NCBI GenBank assembly: GCA_963703315.1
Contig: OY969811.1
Coordinates: 1,280,001-1,344,000 of the forward strand
Direction of reading: 5' to 3'
DNA from: an uncultured cyanobacterium
Lineage (GTDB): Bacteria; Cyanobacteriota; Cyanobacteriia; Pseudanabaenales; Pseudanabaenaceae
DNA: 64,000 bases
Part shown: piece by piece, positions 21,517 through 32,292 of the stretch
Layout: each line of letters opens with the position of its first letter
Position numbering within the stretch: the stretch's first letter is position 1
The notes under the pieces: generated by a model
What the model was told of the DNA's origin: nothing
The model's database searches: none
Seen by the model: the letters and a program-made list of their open reading frames with translations, nothing else
Made by a program: the position numbers and the translations under genes

Positions 21517-22750
21517 TTTCTCCTGTTTGTGCTAGAACTTTCTCATAAATATTAACAAGGAACTTGCCTTTGGTTTCCCAGTTAAATAGTTGATTTACTC
21601 TTTGACGACCTGATAGCCCCATGCGCGATCGCAGTTGAGGATCATCGGCTAGGCTTTTCATAGCCTGCGCTAATCCTGTCACTGCTTGCTGAGGATCGAT
21701 AGCAGGAATCTTAAATCCTGTTTCCTGAGTTACCTGCACCGACGGACCACCTAGATCTAGACAAATCACTGGTCGCCCTAAGGCCATAGCTTCCAAGCAA
21801 ACAAAACCGCCTGATTCATGCAAACTAGGATGCACTAAAGCCAGACAAGTTCCCAGCTTTTGTAATAACTCATCACGGGGCATCTCGGATAAAAACTTAA
21901 CTTGGTTGGCAATACCAAGCTCGGCGGCTAGTTGCTGTAGACGCTCTTGTTCTGCGCCATTGCCAATCAGCCAATATTCGGCTTCTTTTGGTAAATTTGC
22001 CTCCGCAAAAGCTCGTAACCCTAAGTGAAATCCTTTCCAGTGCAGAAATCTACCAACACTAATAAATCGCAAAGGTGCAGCATCTGCTAAGGGAAACTGT
22101 TCTAAATAAGTCACTTCTTCGGGTAGCAGCCCAACTTGTGATAGGACTTCTACATTTTTAGCTCCCATCTGAACCATGCGTTCAGCAGTCTCGGCTGTTG
22201 TTGCCCAATTAAGGATACTCCGTCGAACCGTCATCCTTGTAAATGGATCACGTTCACCCACCCAACGCGACAAACTTCGTAAAAATTCATAAATTTTGCC
22301 GCGTCTACTAAAGTTTTGGCTAAAGGCTTTAGGAGCCGATTCGCCCCCACCAACTGGGCCTAAAATAAATGGAATCGGTAATAAGGACAGAAAACTGGGA
22401 GTGGAATATTTGACGAAGGTGACATGATGCACCAGATCAAACCCAATCTCACGGTGCAATTTGCGAGCAATAAAATAGGCTTGAATTTGCCAGAGATAGT
22501 AATGAACTTGAAAGGCTCCCTGTCCCATTTTCCAGCCATCACCCCACACTGGAAGCGTAAAATAAATAAAATGGAGATTGGGAACTGGATTGCGTGCTAG
22601 CTCGGCTTCGATCGCCTCACGTCCATCATCGGGTCTGGTTAACACCCAAACTTCATGATATCTTGCCACTTCACGGGCAGTATTCCAGCCAACCCCCAAT
22701 TCTGTACCACGTCCCGGTTCACAAGCATAGGCAGACATCAGGATTTTCAT
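21491..22750 (-). CDS. GT4 glycosyltransferase
   Basis: SAYACEPGRGTE, VGRFLHWKG, ESGGFVCLEA. Confidence 0.93.
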   Translation of the reverse strand: MKILMSAYACEPGRGTELGVGWNTAREVARYHEVWVLTRPDDGREAIEAELARNPVPNLHFIYFTLPVWGDGWKMGQGAFQVHYYLWQIQAYFIARKLHREIGFDLVHHVTFVKYSTPSFLSLLPIPFILGPVGGGESAPKAFSQNFSRRGKIYEFLRSLSRWVGERDPFTRMTVRRSILNWATTAETAERMVQMGAKNVEVLSQVGLLPEEVTYLEQFPLADAAPLRFISVGRFLHWKGFHLGLRAFAEANLPKEAEYWLIGNGAEQERLQQLAAELGIANQVKFLSEMPRDELLQKLGTCLALVHPSLHESGGFVCLEAMALGRPVICLDLGGPSVQVTQETGFKIPAIDPQQAVTGLAQAMKSLADDPQLRSRMGLSGRQRVNQLFNWETKGKFLVNIYEKVLAQTGEIDAGSNSP

Positions 22751-22752
22751 GG

Positions 22753-23907
22753 TTACCCTACCTCCTTTTTGTTAGAAGGAGTAGCTAAAATCGATTGACA
22801 GAAATCTAAGTACTGTTGGCTAATCTTCAAATAATCAAAATCCTGCGATCGCTGTTTTGCTTGTTCTCGATAATGCTGCTTTAAGTCTGGTTGTGTCAAT
22901 ATTTTTAACATTCCTTGAGCCAAGGCATCAGGATTACCCGTCGGCACAACTGCACCATACTTACCATAATCCACAATGTCTTTCATACCCCCAGGGGCAT
23001 CGGTGACAAGCACGGCGGCTCCGCAACCCATTGCCTCTTCCAAAGCGATCGGGCAGCCTTCCCAAGCTGAAGCTAATACAAACAAATCACAATTTGCCAT
23101 ATAGCGATAGGGATTAGCATCATATCCCGGCATCCATACTGAGTCTTCCACACCTAAATTCTTACATAGATCTTCTAGCTCAGTTCTTAAAGGACCTTCT
23201 CCTAAAATCAAAAGTCTAGCTGGAGTTACTTTCACCACCTGAGCAAAGGCATGGATTAAACCATCCAGTTGCTTCTGCTTAGCTAATCGCGCTGCTGTGA
23301 CAATTACGGGAATATCTGAGTTTTGGAACCAAGGATGTGTAATTGGCTCTTTCCCAAGTTCCTCTACACGAGGCGCATTAATCGGATTCAAAATTACCTG
23401 CATAGGAATTTTAGCTGCAATCTTGAGAGTCTCCACTAAATCAGTAATCGTATCTTTAGACACTCCCACCAACCCATCACCAAAGGGATAGGTATACCGC
23501 ATCAGAATTGGTAAAAATCGCAGACGAAGTTTGTCCCAATGTTCAACACTCGCTTCTAGACTAATAATATTATGTTCTCCAAGAATTACCTTAGTTTTAG
23601 TCCCTGACAAATATTTAGCCCAGACTGCCACGATATTAAAATACCAAGGCATCGGTAAAAGCACATCAGGCTGGTATTTCTTTAAGTAATTGATAGTGGG
23701 AAATAGGGAAAAAGCTGTTCTCTTTACATTCAGAGATACAATTGGAATATCTGGGAATCTAGATATTTCCTCCTCACTAGCATCAAGAATAACCAAATGA
23801 CAATCTATTCCTAGCTTCTGCCATCCTCGGATTAGTGCAGTACAGAGATTGGTAAATGTGCCTCCACTAATGTCATGAGTCAATATTGCAACTTTTGGTG
23901 TACTCAT
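22753..23907 (-). CDS. GT4 glycosyltransferase
   Basis: ARLAKQK, EGCPIALEEA. Confidence 0.93.
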   Translation of the reverse strand: MSTPKVAILTHDISGGTFTNLCTALIRGWQKLGIDCHLVILDASEEEISRFPDIPIVSLNVKRTAFSLFPTINYLKKYQPDVLLPMPWYFNIVAVWAKYLSGTKTKVILGEHNIISLEASVEHWDKLRLRFLPILMRYTYPFGDGLVGVSKDTITDLVETLKIAAKIPMQVILNPINAPRVEELGKEPITHPWFQNSDIPVIVTAARLAKQKQLDGLIHAFAQVVKVTPARLLILGEGPLRTELEDLCKNLGVEDSVWMPGYDANPYRYMANCDLFVLASAWEGCPIALEEAMGCGAAVLVTDAPGGMKDIVDYGKYGAVVPTGNPDALAQGMLKILTQPDLKQHYREQAKQRSQDFDYLKISQQYLDFCQSILATPSNKKEVG

Positions 23908-23932
23908 TTTGCTTTTTCGGTTTATTTTAACA

Positions 23933-25126
23933 TCACGAGTTGAGTACGAGTTCAGTAATCTTTGCCAAGCACTCAGCCGCCGCCGTTGGCGTGTACTGAG
24001 CCATAATCTGCTTCGAGCGATCGCCCATAGCAGAAATTAAGCTTGGCTCATCCAAAAACTTTTGCATGAGGTCAGCCAGCTTTTTGGGATCATCTGGGGT
24101 AAACACATAGCCATTTTCATCATCAACAACTAGTTCCGAAGTCCCTGCACCTTTAGAGCAAAGGATGGGCTTACCCAGCAGCATCGCCTCTAATGTAACC
24201 ACTCCCCAAGTATCTTCTAAAGTTGGGAAGACAAACACATCAGCATGATCAAAATAAGTTCTAATCTGATCAAAGGGGATTCTCCCTAACCACTGAACGC
24301 GATCGCTTAAATGATGTTCTTTACAGAAAATCTCCAATTCTTGCTGCTGTAAACCATCACCTACCACCTGTAAAGTGTAGCCCTCATAGCCTCTAGACTG
24401 CAATATCGCACAAGCCTGTAATAACAGAGGTAACCCTTTGCGGGGGATCACATGACCCACAAATAAAAATACTGGGCGTTGTTGTGCAATTGAGGCTTCT
24501 TGAACTTCAGAACTACTTGGCAATGTGCGCTCATCGGGAATCTCGTATGGTTGCACAAACACTCGATCTTTCTTTGCCTTTAGTATCTCGATTAAATAAT
24601 CGCTACCAGCATGACTGTTAGTAACATAAGCATCAGCCATCCATACCATTAGCCTCCGAATCAACAGCCTTAATGCTGAATTTCGATAATCTACTCCTGG
24701 CGAACTCCCTTCATAAGCAATGATCACCCGCCACCAAAATAGAGGCTTAAATAGTAAAGCCAAAATTGTCCATACGCCAAAAGAACTAGCAAAAATCACT
24801 TGAGGCTTAAGACTAAATAAGTGATTAATGATTCTTGGAGATAGATAAGTGAAGTTATCTCCATAGCTCGACTCATCCTTATTGATCTCAATTACTCGAA
24901 ATTTGCCAACGACTTCAACTTGAAGCTTTCCTTCTATCCCTTTGGCAAACCCTGGGAATAAACCTGTAAATACAGTTGTTTTTGGGAATAGCTGGGTAAA
25001 TTCACTCAAAGCAGGTTGCCAATAGAACCACGCTACTGGCAATAGCCATGCTACACGAAGATTATTTGAATTTTGCATTTTGACTGAGTTATGTAGAATT
25101 TGAGCGAAGGGATTAGTGTTGGTCAA
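23933..25126 (-). CDS. GT4 glycosyltransferase
   Basis: VGHVIPRKG, DTWGVVTLEA; start may be the internal ATG (MQNSNN). Confidence 0.9.
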   Translation of the reverse strand: MTNTNPFAQILHNSVKMQNSNNLRVAWLLPVAWFYWQPALSEFTQLFPKTTVFTGLFPGFAKGIEGKLQVEVVGKFRVIEINKDESSYGDNFTYLSPRIINHLFSLKPQVIFASSFGVWTILALLFKPLFWWRVIIAYEGSSPGVDYRNSALRLLIRRLMVWMADAYVTNSHAGSDYLIEILKAKKDRVFVQPYEIPDERTLPSSSEVQEASIAQQRPVFLFVGHVIPRKGLPLLLQACAILQSRGYEGYTLQVVGDGLQQQELEIFCKEHHLSDRVQWLGRIPFDQIRTYFDHADVFVFPTLEDTWGVVTLEAMLLGKPILCSKGAGTSELVVDDENGYVFTPDDPKKLADLMQKFLDEPSLISAMGDRSKQIMAQYTPTAAAECLAKITELVLNS

Positions 25127-25427
25127 GATTAAAATATGTTAGTGTAACGAACTTCTTGCCACTTGCAAAATGCAATTTTGCAATACTTTTGCTGTAAGAC
25201 TTAAAAAAACACACTAACCACAGGAAAGAATTAGGCAATTAGTCTATTAGGCTGGATATGAGGTGATATTTCTACCACCCTATTTTCTAACTTAAATAAA
25301 ATTGAGAAATTCTGGACAAAATTGGAAAATCATGTTGATAAGATTATTGGTCAATGTGAAAGTTCATGGGATGCCGTCAGCTAATCTTTTTGCCATTTGT
25401 TGTAACTATCCCTTTCTTTGCTATAGT

Positions 25428-26552
25428 TCACAACGCCAAAATCTCTAAGTATCGACTTGTAATAGATTTAATCGTAAATTGCTCCAACCACTTAGAATCA
25501 ACAGATTTAATTTCTCCTGACAACACTCTTAAGATTCCTTCTGCCAGCGCTTGTGTATCACCTACTGGCACCAAATCTCCATACTTACCGTAGTCAAGAA
25601 TTTCCTCTGGACCACTCTTGCAATTTGTAGAAATCACTGGGACACCAGTCGCCATTGCTTCAATTAGCACGTTGCCCAATCCTTCCCAAACAGATGACAG
25701 TACAAACACTGCTGCTTTGGACATGTAGGCGTAAGGGTTGTCTACAAATCCGGGTAGTGCGACATCTTCCTCCAAATTTAACTGCCTAACAAGTGTTTCC
25801 AATTCGAGTTGCTGGGAACCCGTGCCAAGAATCATCAGTCGAGCAGGTTTGAGTTTGCGTACTCGGGCAAAGGCTTGAATCAGCATTGGAAAGTCTTTCT
25901 GCGCCTCTAATCTGCCCACTGCCAAGATGACAGGTATCTGTTTTTGCTGAAGCCAAGGATGTTCAACTGGTTCCTTTGCCTTAGTTATTAATTCAGGCGT
26001 GATAATCGGATTGTAGATTGTATGTAACTTGGCGGAACTATTTCCAATAAGCACTTCTAAATCCTGAGATACACCTTTAGAAACACCTACCACTTTATCG
26101 GCAAAGGGATACAGAAAACGCACTAAAGTCTTTGGATTTGATGGGGTGAGACCCAAGAAATAAGCCAAATGCTTGAGCGAAGGCTGCACTCTTGGTAACG
26201 CTAATAAAGCCCCGTGTTCCCTAACTACAACTTTGGTGTGGACTTGTGAATACAATTTAGCCAAAATAGCGATCTCAGTGTTGTAATGAAAGCTTGCAAT
26301 GAGAGCCTGGGGCTTTTCCTGTTGCAAGTATTTTGCTAGGGTTGAAATACTGTTACGTAATCTTGGGTTCCCTAAATCAACAACTTTTACTCCTTCTGGC
26401 AAGTGTTTTAGAAAGGGACCCGTATTCTTAGAAAGGACAATATCCACCTCAAGATTTAGCTCAATCAATCCTCTTGCTAAGTTAATTACGCCTCGTTGAA
26501 CACCTCCTTCATCAAAGTTATCTAGGAATAAACTGATATCTGCTCTTCTCAT
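25428..26552 (-). CDS. GT4 glycosyltransferase
   Basis: VGRLEAQKD, EGLGNVLIEA. Confidence 0.93.
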   Translation of the reverse strand: MRRADISLFLDNFDEGGVQRGVINLARGLIELNLEVDIVLSKNTGPFLKHLPEGVKVVDLGNPRLRNSISTLAKYLQQEKPQALIASFHYNTEIAILAKLYSQVHTKVVVREHGALLALPRVQPSLKHLAYFLGLTPSNPKTLVRFLYPFADKVVGVSKGVSQDLEVLIGNSSAKLHTIYNPIITPELITKAKEPVEHPWLQQKQIPVILAVGRLEAQKDFPMLIQAFARVRKLKPARLMILGTGSQQLELETLVRQLNLEEDVALPGFVDNPYAYMSKAAVFVLSSVWEGLGNVLIEAMATGVPVISTNCKSGPEEILDYGKYGDLVPVGDTQALAEGILRVLSGEIKSVDSKWLEQFTIKSITSRYLEILAL

Positions 26553-27324
26553 TATCTGGACCTCAGGTACTAATAAGATCTCTATTTGGTTAACATATCA
26601 GTTCCGTAAACACCTTTCAGTAAGAGATTCATAGTCAAAACTGTTTACTATGGGAACTTCTATTTTCCTAATCTGGTTAGCGTCAAGAATTTTCCGCCAC
26701 TGGCTAAACATAATTTTAGAGTGCCATCGTAGGCAACGGTTCCAGAAAGCCAATTTTCGGGCAGCGAAAAAGTAAAGACACTAACAAAATATCGTTTTAA
26801 ATCAATATATGAGACATTGATCTAAGGTTTATCGTATTATTTAATAATATACACTAAAAATTACAAGAAATGTTGACCGTAGGAAGAATTTAAAAATATC
26901 CAGTAAAATAGGACTTACGCATTGACAAAATAGTAAAGATATGATGATTGTAAAGCAAGCGTTTATCTGATGGTGTTGGAGTGAGAGAACAGTCAAAACC
27001 CTCAACAGCTAAGTGTAATTGCAACCTCTACACTTTATATTTGCTGGCTGAACCAAAGTATGTGAGTTGTCTGCGCCTAGCGGAGATCATGTCAGAGTTG
27101 AGTCACGACAGTGTGAACCGTTTTTTATTGCGGGAAAATTACACACCCCAAGACTTGTTTGACGAGGTGAAAGGGGAACTTATTTTTGAAGGAGGAACAG
27201 CGAGTATTGATGATAGTGTCGTGGATAAGCCTTACCGTGACCTCAAAAGAACAGAGTTATTGGGATACTTTTGGTCAGGGAAACACAAACGAACCGTTAA
27301 GGGTCTCAACCTGATTACCTTGTA

Positions 27325-28280
27325 TAGCTATAGCCAGTCAAGTTAGGACGCAGCAAGGGCAAGAACGGAGTCAATAGCATCATGAAGATTAGCTGAATCA
27401 CGTAGGAGTTTGCGGATGCGAGATTTCAGCCAAGCCCAACATTTCTCAATGCGATTAAGGTCTGGAGAATATGGAGGTAGATAGACGACCTTACATCCTG
27501 CTGCTACTATCAAATCCTGAATGCGTCCACCATGATGAAAAGTAGCATTATCGATAATTACCCATTGCCCAGCCTTGAGCGTTGGAATCAAGCAAGATTC
27601 TAACCAGATTTCAAATACGTTGCGGTTGCAACAGCCTTTAATTGTAAAGGGGGCAATTAGTTGTCCATCTCGATATCCCGCAATCATATTAATACGTCCT
27701 TGGCGACGACCTGCTTTGAGTCCATGAATTCGCTCACCTTTTGCAGACCATCCATATCCATAATTATCACGTTCATCCATACCTGATTCATCAACGTAAA
27801 CTAAGTGGGATGCTTTTGGATCGCCTAAGGCTGTGCGAAACTCATTACGTTTTTCTTCATCTCGTTCCCGATAACCATAAGTTTTTTTTTACGGGTAAAT
27901 CCTATCTGTTTTAACGCTCGTGATATAGACCTTTGACTGATATTTCCCCATAATTCTGCCATCTCTGCTTGGGTCTTATCCTCATGCTCTTTGACAAATT
28001 CTCGAAACTTTTCCCAGTCGCTAATTTTGGGCTTCTGACTAGACGATGCTCTTGCCTTCACGGTTATATCTCCTGTTTCTTCCCGTCTCTCAAACCACAA
28101 GTTGATTGTGTTTCGACTAATCCCGAACAATTGACTGGCTTCATTTTTCTTCAGTCCATCCATTTCGATTGCTTGCATTACCTTTTGACGCAAATCGTAA
28201 CTATATGGTTTTGGCATTGTTGTTGCTCAGATGTCTCGGTTTCTTTCTATTTTATGTCCTAACCTAGCTGGCTATAGCTA
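27325..28280 (-). mobile_element. IS630/Tc1 family element (ISY100-like), 956 bp, TA duplication
   Basis: TIR tagctatagccag..gttaggac at both ends; TA at 27323-24 and 28281-82. Confidence 0.93.
27343..28217 (-). CDS. IS630 transposase, two ORFs joined by a -1 frameshift at A9 (27882-27890)
   Basis: OrfA HTH (MPKPYSYDLRQKV); shifted frame reads KKTYGYRERDEE...VYVDESG, then IIDNATFH and LPPYSPDLNRIE. Confidence 0.9.
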
Positions 28281-29019
28281 TATTACACCGATATAGCAGG
28301 AAACGCATATCCAGTGAACTTTCGGATTTATGATAAACAGGAGGGCAAGACTAAAAACGACTATTTTTTAGAGATGATGAGACAAATCCGAGACTGGGGT
28401 CTGAAGCCGAATTGGGTGACGGGTGATAGTTGGTATGCAAGTCTTGAGAATCTGAAATTCCTCAGAAACGAGGGGGTAGGTTTTCTAGTTGGAGTTGCCA
28501 ACAATCGTAAAGTTTCTCAAGAACAAGGCAAAGAAGTTCAGATACAAACCTTGGAGATTACTGATAGTGGGTTAGTGGTCTATCTCAAAGAATTCGGCTG
28601 GGTCAAGGTGTTTCGTCAGGACTTCAAAAACGAAGCTCGATATTACATCCTTCACCTCCAAGATTTAGAAGCACTCAAACAACTCACTCGCATAGAGTTC
28701 AAACAAGTCCATGACAGACATTGGCAAATTGAATGTTTCCACAGGGTTATCAAGCAAGTTTGTAATATTGAGCGCTTTCAGGTCAGGGATACACAAGCGA
28801 TTCGTAATCATTTCTTTTGCTCCCTCCGTGCTTTTGCCAAGTTACAAAAGATGCGAATTGATGGCTTAATCGATAATTTGTATCAGGTATCGAGGGATTT
28901 ATTTATACCTGTCATTCGTCAATTTATCTTGGAAAATCTCACACAATCTGTCTCAGTTTGACTTCATATCTCGCTATTTCTGTCAATGCGTAAGTCCTAT
29001 AAAATTAGGGTGTAATTAT

Positions 29020-29943
29020 CTAATGAAATATCTTTTGAGCCAACCAATCTAAATCTCTTTTCAGTTCCCTAAATAATGCTGCTATCCATTGTTGTTTTTT
29101 TAATGGAAATAAGTATTGATAAGGATGAAAAATTCTAGCCCCTTTTTTGGTATTAAGATGTCTAAATATGGGAACTAAAGAAATATCATTGCGGGTTGGA
29201 TTTAATGGATTAGGATTGAGCCTGATTTTCACTAAGTTAATCGCTCTCTGTAAAGCATTAGTAGCCTGAAAAACTGGATCGCCATCTACCCACCAAGCTT
29301 GGAAAGGATGATTAGTGCAGAATGGGATGTTAAATATTTGAGCATACATAGGGATTCGGTACTCAATAAATCCAAGTTCTGGTTGCTCTATCTGAGAGTA
29401 AGCTTCTAAAAATATCTTTGGTAAACATACGACAATAAAAATACAACCCATCGGCTCTTGCTGATAGTTATAGGTCTTATTTACATATTCCAAAAATTTA
29501 AGATACTGCTCCCTGTGTTCAGGAACTTTAGGAGTAACCCATAACCAATCATTCTCAACTTCTTTGATTGGTCTTAGCCCAGATAGCAATATTTGATCTT
29601 GCTTCAGCATTGAAAAAAGCTGTTCAATATTGCCAAAAACTAGCATATCCCACTGTACGATTACCACGGTATCCCAAGATAAATATTGACCTCTCTCTCG
29701 ATACCAATGCGTTAGCATCAAATCACCTTGAAGCCACTTCCATTGAGAATCTTTCTCCTCAGGAAAAGCGTAAAAATCGTCCAAGAGTTTATCTAACTGA
29801 AGTTTATAGTCATTTACTGTAGATAAATTACCACCATATACACCATAAATAGGGATGTTAGGATTATTCTGTCGCAACAGATTTAGACGGTTTTTACAAA
29901 TATCTACTTCTTTATAAAACCAAAACAAAATAGCTATTTTCAT
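29020..29943 (-). CDS. Hypothetical protein, possible GT-A fold glycosyltransferase
   Basis: 307-aa ORF in the polysaccharide run; hydrophobic N-terminal strand and VIVQWDML motif; no firm family. Confidence 0.55.
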   Translation of the reverse strand: MKIAILFWFYKEVDICKNRLNLLRQNNPNIPIYGVYGGNLSTVNDYKLQLDKLLDDFYAFPEEKDSQWKWLQGDLMLTHWYRERGQYLSWDTVVIVQWDMLVFGNIEQLFSMLKQDQILLSGLRPIKEVENDWLWVTPKVPEHREQYLKFLEYVNKTYNYQQEPMGCIFIVVCLPKIFLEAYSQIEQPELGFIEYRIPMYAQIFNIPFCTNHPFQAWWVDGDPVFQATNALQRAINLVKIRLNPNPLNPTRNDISLVPIFRHLNTKKGARIFHPYQYLFPLKKQQWIAALFRELKRDLDWLAQKIFH

Positions 29944-29979
29944 ACTTTACCTAAAAGAGGAAATGCGGCAAAAATGTCT

Positions 29980-30900
29980 CTATGCTTTATAGCTATCCCT
30001 TCTCATATCGTAATCAGGACCTTTACCTCTAATATAATTTGCTACATATCTTACATAGTGCATTGCATTAGATATATAGCATTCCTTTTGGCTACCTAGA
30101 ATCGTGATATTTGAATTTGATGTTCTTCTATGTGTGGGAACCTTGCCTGCATAAAGGGGAGTCAATTCACTAGGATAATAGTGAGCAGTTAGAGATTTGC
30201 GACTGAATCGTGGATCACGATTGTTGTAAGCTCCATGAATAGTGTAGGGATGCCAGAAAAGTACATCACCCTTTTTGAGTGGAAAACTGCGATATTCGTA
30301 ATTACCCTCATTAATTAAATTGTTGATCTGTTTTACAAAGGTGTCATGGTCGGAAAAATTTGAAGCACTTTTCCGTTCAATCACTCTACCCTTGTGACTA
30401 CCAGGAAGAACAAAAAAGCAGCCTGCATCTTCATGGATGTCTTCCAATGAATACCAAGCGGCAACCATTTTTCCAGGTGGTTCTGAGTCTAGATAGTAGT
30501 GATCTTGATGTTCGACAGTCCCTGTTGATTTGTCAAAAAACATATTTTGCATCATTACATAACTAGATGCTTCTGACAGTACATTAAGGACCGCAGTAAT
30601 GTTTTCATCAACTAGGCATTCTTCCACAGATTGTGAAAATTGCTTCCAAAGTTTCAAGCTTGCAGGATTTAATATTGAGTTCTCTATAAATCCCTCTTGA
30701 GTCAGCTTTGGTCTTGTAGGAATGTGAGTATCCTGACTAAAAAAAACAAAAGAGTTGGAATGCTTGATTATCTCGTAAGAATCAAGAAGATATTGGATTT
30801 TAGAATGGTTCAACAAATTTTCGACTATTACATAACCATAGGAATCATAGTATTCCTTGATCTCATTTTTCTCACTTACGGGAAACTTGTTAAGGGGCAT
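29980..30900 (-). CDS. Phytanoyl-CoA dioxygenase (PhyH) family protein
   Basis: EHQDHYY (HxD), LPGSH, GDVLFWHPYTIHG. Confidence 0.88.
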   Translation of the reverse strand: MPLNKFPVSEKNEIKEYYDSYGYVIVENLLNHSKIQYLLDSYEIIKHSNSFVFFSQDTHIPTRPKLTQEGFIENSILNPASLKLWKQFSQSVEECLVDENITAVLNVLSEASSYVMMQNMFFDKSTGTVEHQDHYYLDSEPPGKMVAAWYSLEDIHEDAGCFFVLPGSHKGRVIERKSASNFSDHDTFVKQINNLINEGNYEYRSFPLKKGDVLFWHPYTIHGAYNNRDPRFSRKSLTAHYYPSELTPLYAGKVPTHRRTSNSNITILGSQKECYISNAMHYVRYVANYIRGKGPDYDMRRDSYKA

Positions 30901-31064
30901 ATCTAACCTCCAATATGTTTTTGTAAAAGCAATCTTAATTGTAAGTAATTTTAATTTTAGTGCAATATATTTATTTTTAGATTTATAATTTATTGAAGTA
31001 TAAATTACTAACTCATATTAATTTACATAATACTTTAATATTCATTAATATCAAGGGTTAGTGA

Positions 31065-32180
31065 CTAAATAATTTTATTAATACCAAGAATATTAATATA
31101 TTTGGAAGTAGCTGTCTCTAAGCCAAATTGATCAAGCCAATATGAATCAACTGGTTTGGGATTACCAGCTAAAACTTGTAAAATTGAGTTTGCAAGGGCT
31201 TCACTATCTTCCACTGGAGTTAAGTAGCCATATTTACCTTCTGCTAAAATTTCCGATGGTCCACTTTCGCAGTCGGTAGATACAACAGGGGTTCCTAGTG
31301 CCATTGCTTCAATCAAGACGGTGGGTAAACCTTCCCAAGCTGATGAGAGGGCAAATACTGCCGATCGCGCCATGTAGGAATATGGATTTTGGGTATACCC
31401 TGGTAAATCTACATCCTCTTGGAGACCCAATTCTTGGATTAGTGCTTCTAGTTCAGGGCGATCGGGTCCCCAACCTAAAATTACAAGACGTGCAGGTCTA
31501 ACTTGGCGTACTTTCGCAAAAGCACGAATTAAGTTTGGAAAATCTTTTTGGGCTTCTAGTTTACCTACTCCTAAGATTACAGGTATATCTGACAAGTTAA
31601 ACCAAGGATGCTCTAAAGGTTCTTTGGCACTCGTTAGCATCTCATCGTTAATGACGGGATTATAAATTGTCTGAATGCTTTCCAATGGTAGAGAAGCTGT
31701 ACGGGCAAGATCTTGAGCAACTCCTTCAGAAACAGCGACGATCCCATCAGCCCAAGGATATAAAAACCGTGCGAAGAGCGGAGCCAATTTCCCTTTCAGT
31801 TTAGTGGCATTTCGTGCAGTTTTAGAAAGTTGATTATGTTCAGCAACCACCAGTTGCAATGGAACTCCAGCAATACGTTTAGATAATAATGCAATTTCAT
31901 TAAGATAATGATCGGCTGCTAGCAAAGCATTAGGACGTTCTTGTTTGATGTAGCGAACTAGTCCTGGTAAACTCATATACAAATTGGGAGCTTTGAGATT
32001 AATAATCCGAGTTTCTGTAGGCATTCTCCATAAATGCGTTGTCTCTTCTCGATTTAGGATTAAGTCAATATCAACACCAAGTTTGACAAAGCTATGGGCA
32101 AGACGGGCGGTAATACGTTCAATTCCACCACCACCAAAAGAACCAATAAAAAAAGCTACGCGAGGATTGGTATTTGTCAT
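31065..32180 (-). CDS. GT4 glycosyltransferase
   Basis: GGGGIER, VGKLEAQKD, EGLPTVLIEA. Confidence 0.93.
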   Translation of the reverse strand: MTNTNPRVAFFIGSFGGGGIERITARLAHSFVKLGVDIDLILNREETTHLWRMPTETRIINLKAPNLYMSLPGLVRYIKQERPNALLAADHYLNEIALLSKRIAGVPLQLVVAEHNQLSKTARNATKLKGKLAPLFARFLYPWADGIVAVSEGVAQDLARTASLPLESIQTIYNPVINDEMLTSAKEPLEHPWFNLSDIPVILGVGKLEAQKDFPNLIRAFAKVRQVRPARLVILGWGPDRPELEALIQELGLQEDVDLPGYTQNPYSYMARSAVFALSSAWEGLPTVLIEAMALGTPVVSTDCESGPSEILAEGKYGYLTPVEDSEALANSILQVLAGNPKPVDSYWLDQFGLETATSKYINILGINKII

Positions 32181-32251
32181 TGTATCTCAAGGGGAATTTA
32201 AAGATAGTTTGTTTGTTTAGAATTTACACTCAAATAGAGCAAAGTCCTTTT

Positions 32252-32292
32252 TTGAAAAGCGGTGCGCGGCTTTGCCGCGCACCGCTTTTCAA
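32252..32292. repeat. Triloop hairpin directly after the stop of the 1110-aa gene
   Basis: ttgaaaagcggtgcgcggc-ttt-gccgcgcaccgcttttcaa. Confidence 0.85.

Larger units (their letters stand above)
26981..28961 (+). pseudogene. IS701-like transposase disrupted by IS630 (fragments 26981-27324 and 28283-28961)
   Basis: Removing the IS630 and one TA restores one open frame, LITLY-YTDIAGNAYPVNFRIYDK (1023 nt, 340 aa). Confidence 0.9.
26909..28999 (+). mobile_element. IS701-like insertion sequence, interrupted by an IS630
   Basis: 19-bp perfect TIR taggacttacgcattgaca / tgtcaatgcgtaagtccta; split DDE transposase (IDDSV.DKPY, VTGDSWY, HWQIE.FHR..KQ). Confidence 0.88.

Noticed and set aside
25138..25218. 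Short IR gttagtgt...acactaac with an inner ttgcaaaat/attttgcaa hairpin
   Set aside because: Only an 8-bp IR and a single copy in the window; may be a decayed MITE but is unsupported.
26590..26790. Possible gene remnant between GT4 and IS701 (short minus-strand frames such as MFSQWRKILDANQIRK...)
   Set aside because: Under 40 aa with no recognisable family; cannot be supported without a tBLASTn search.
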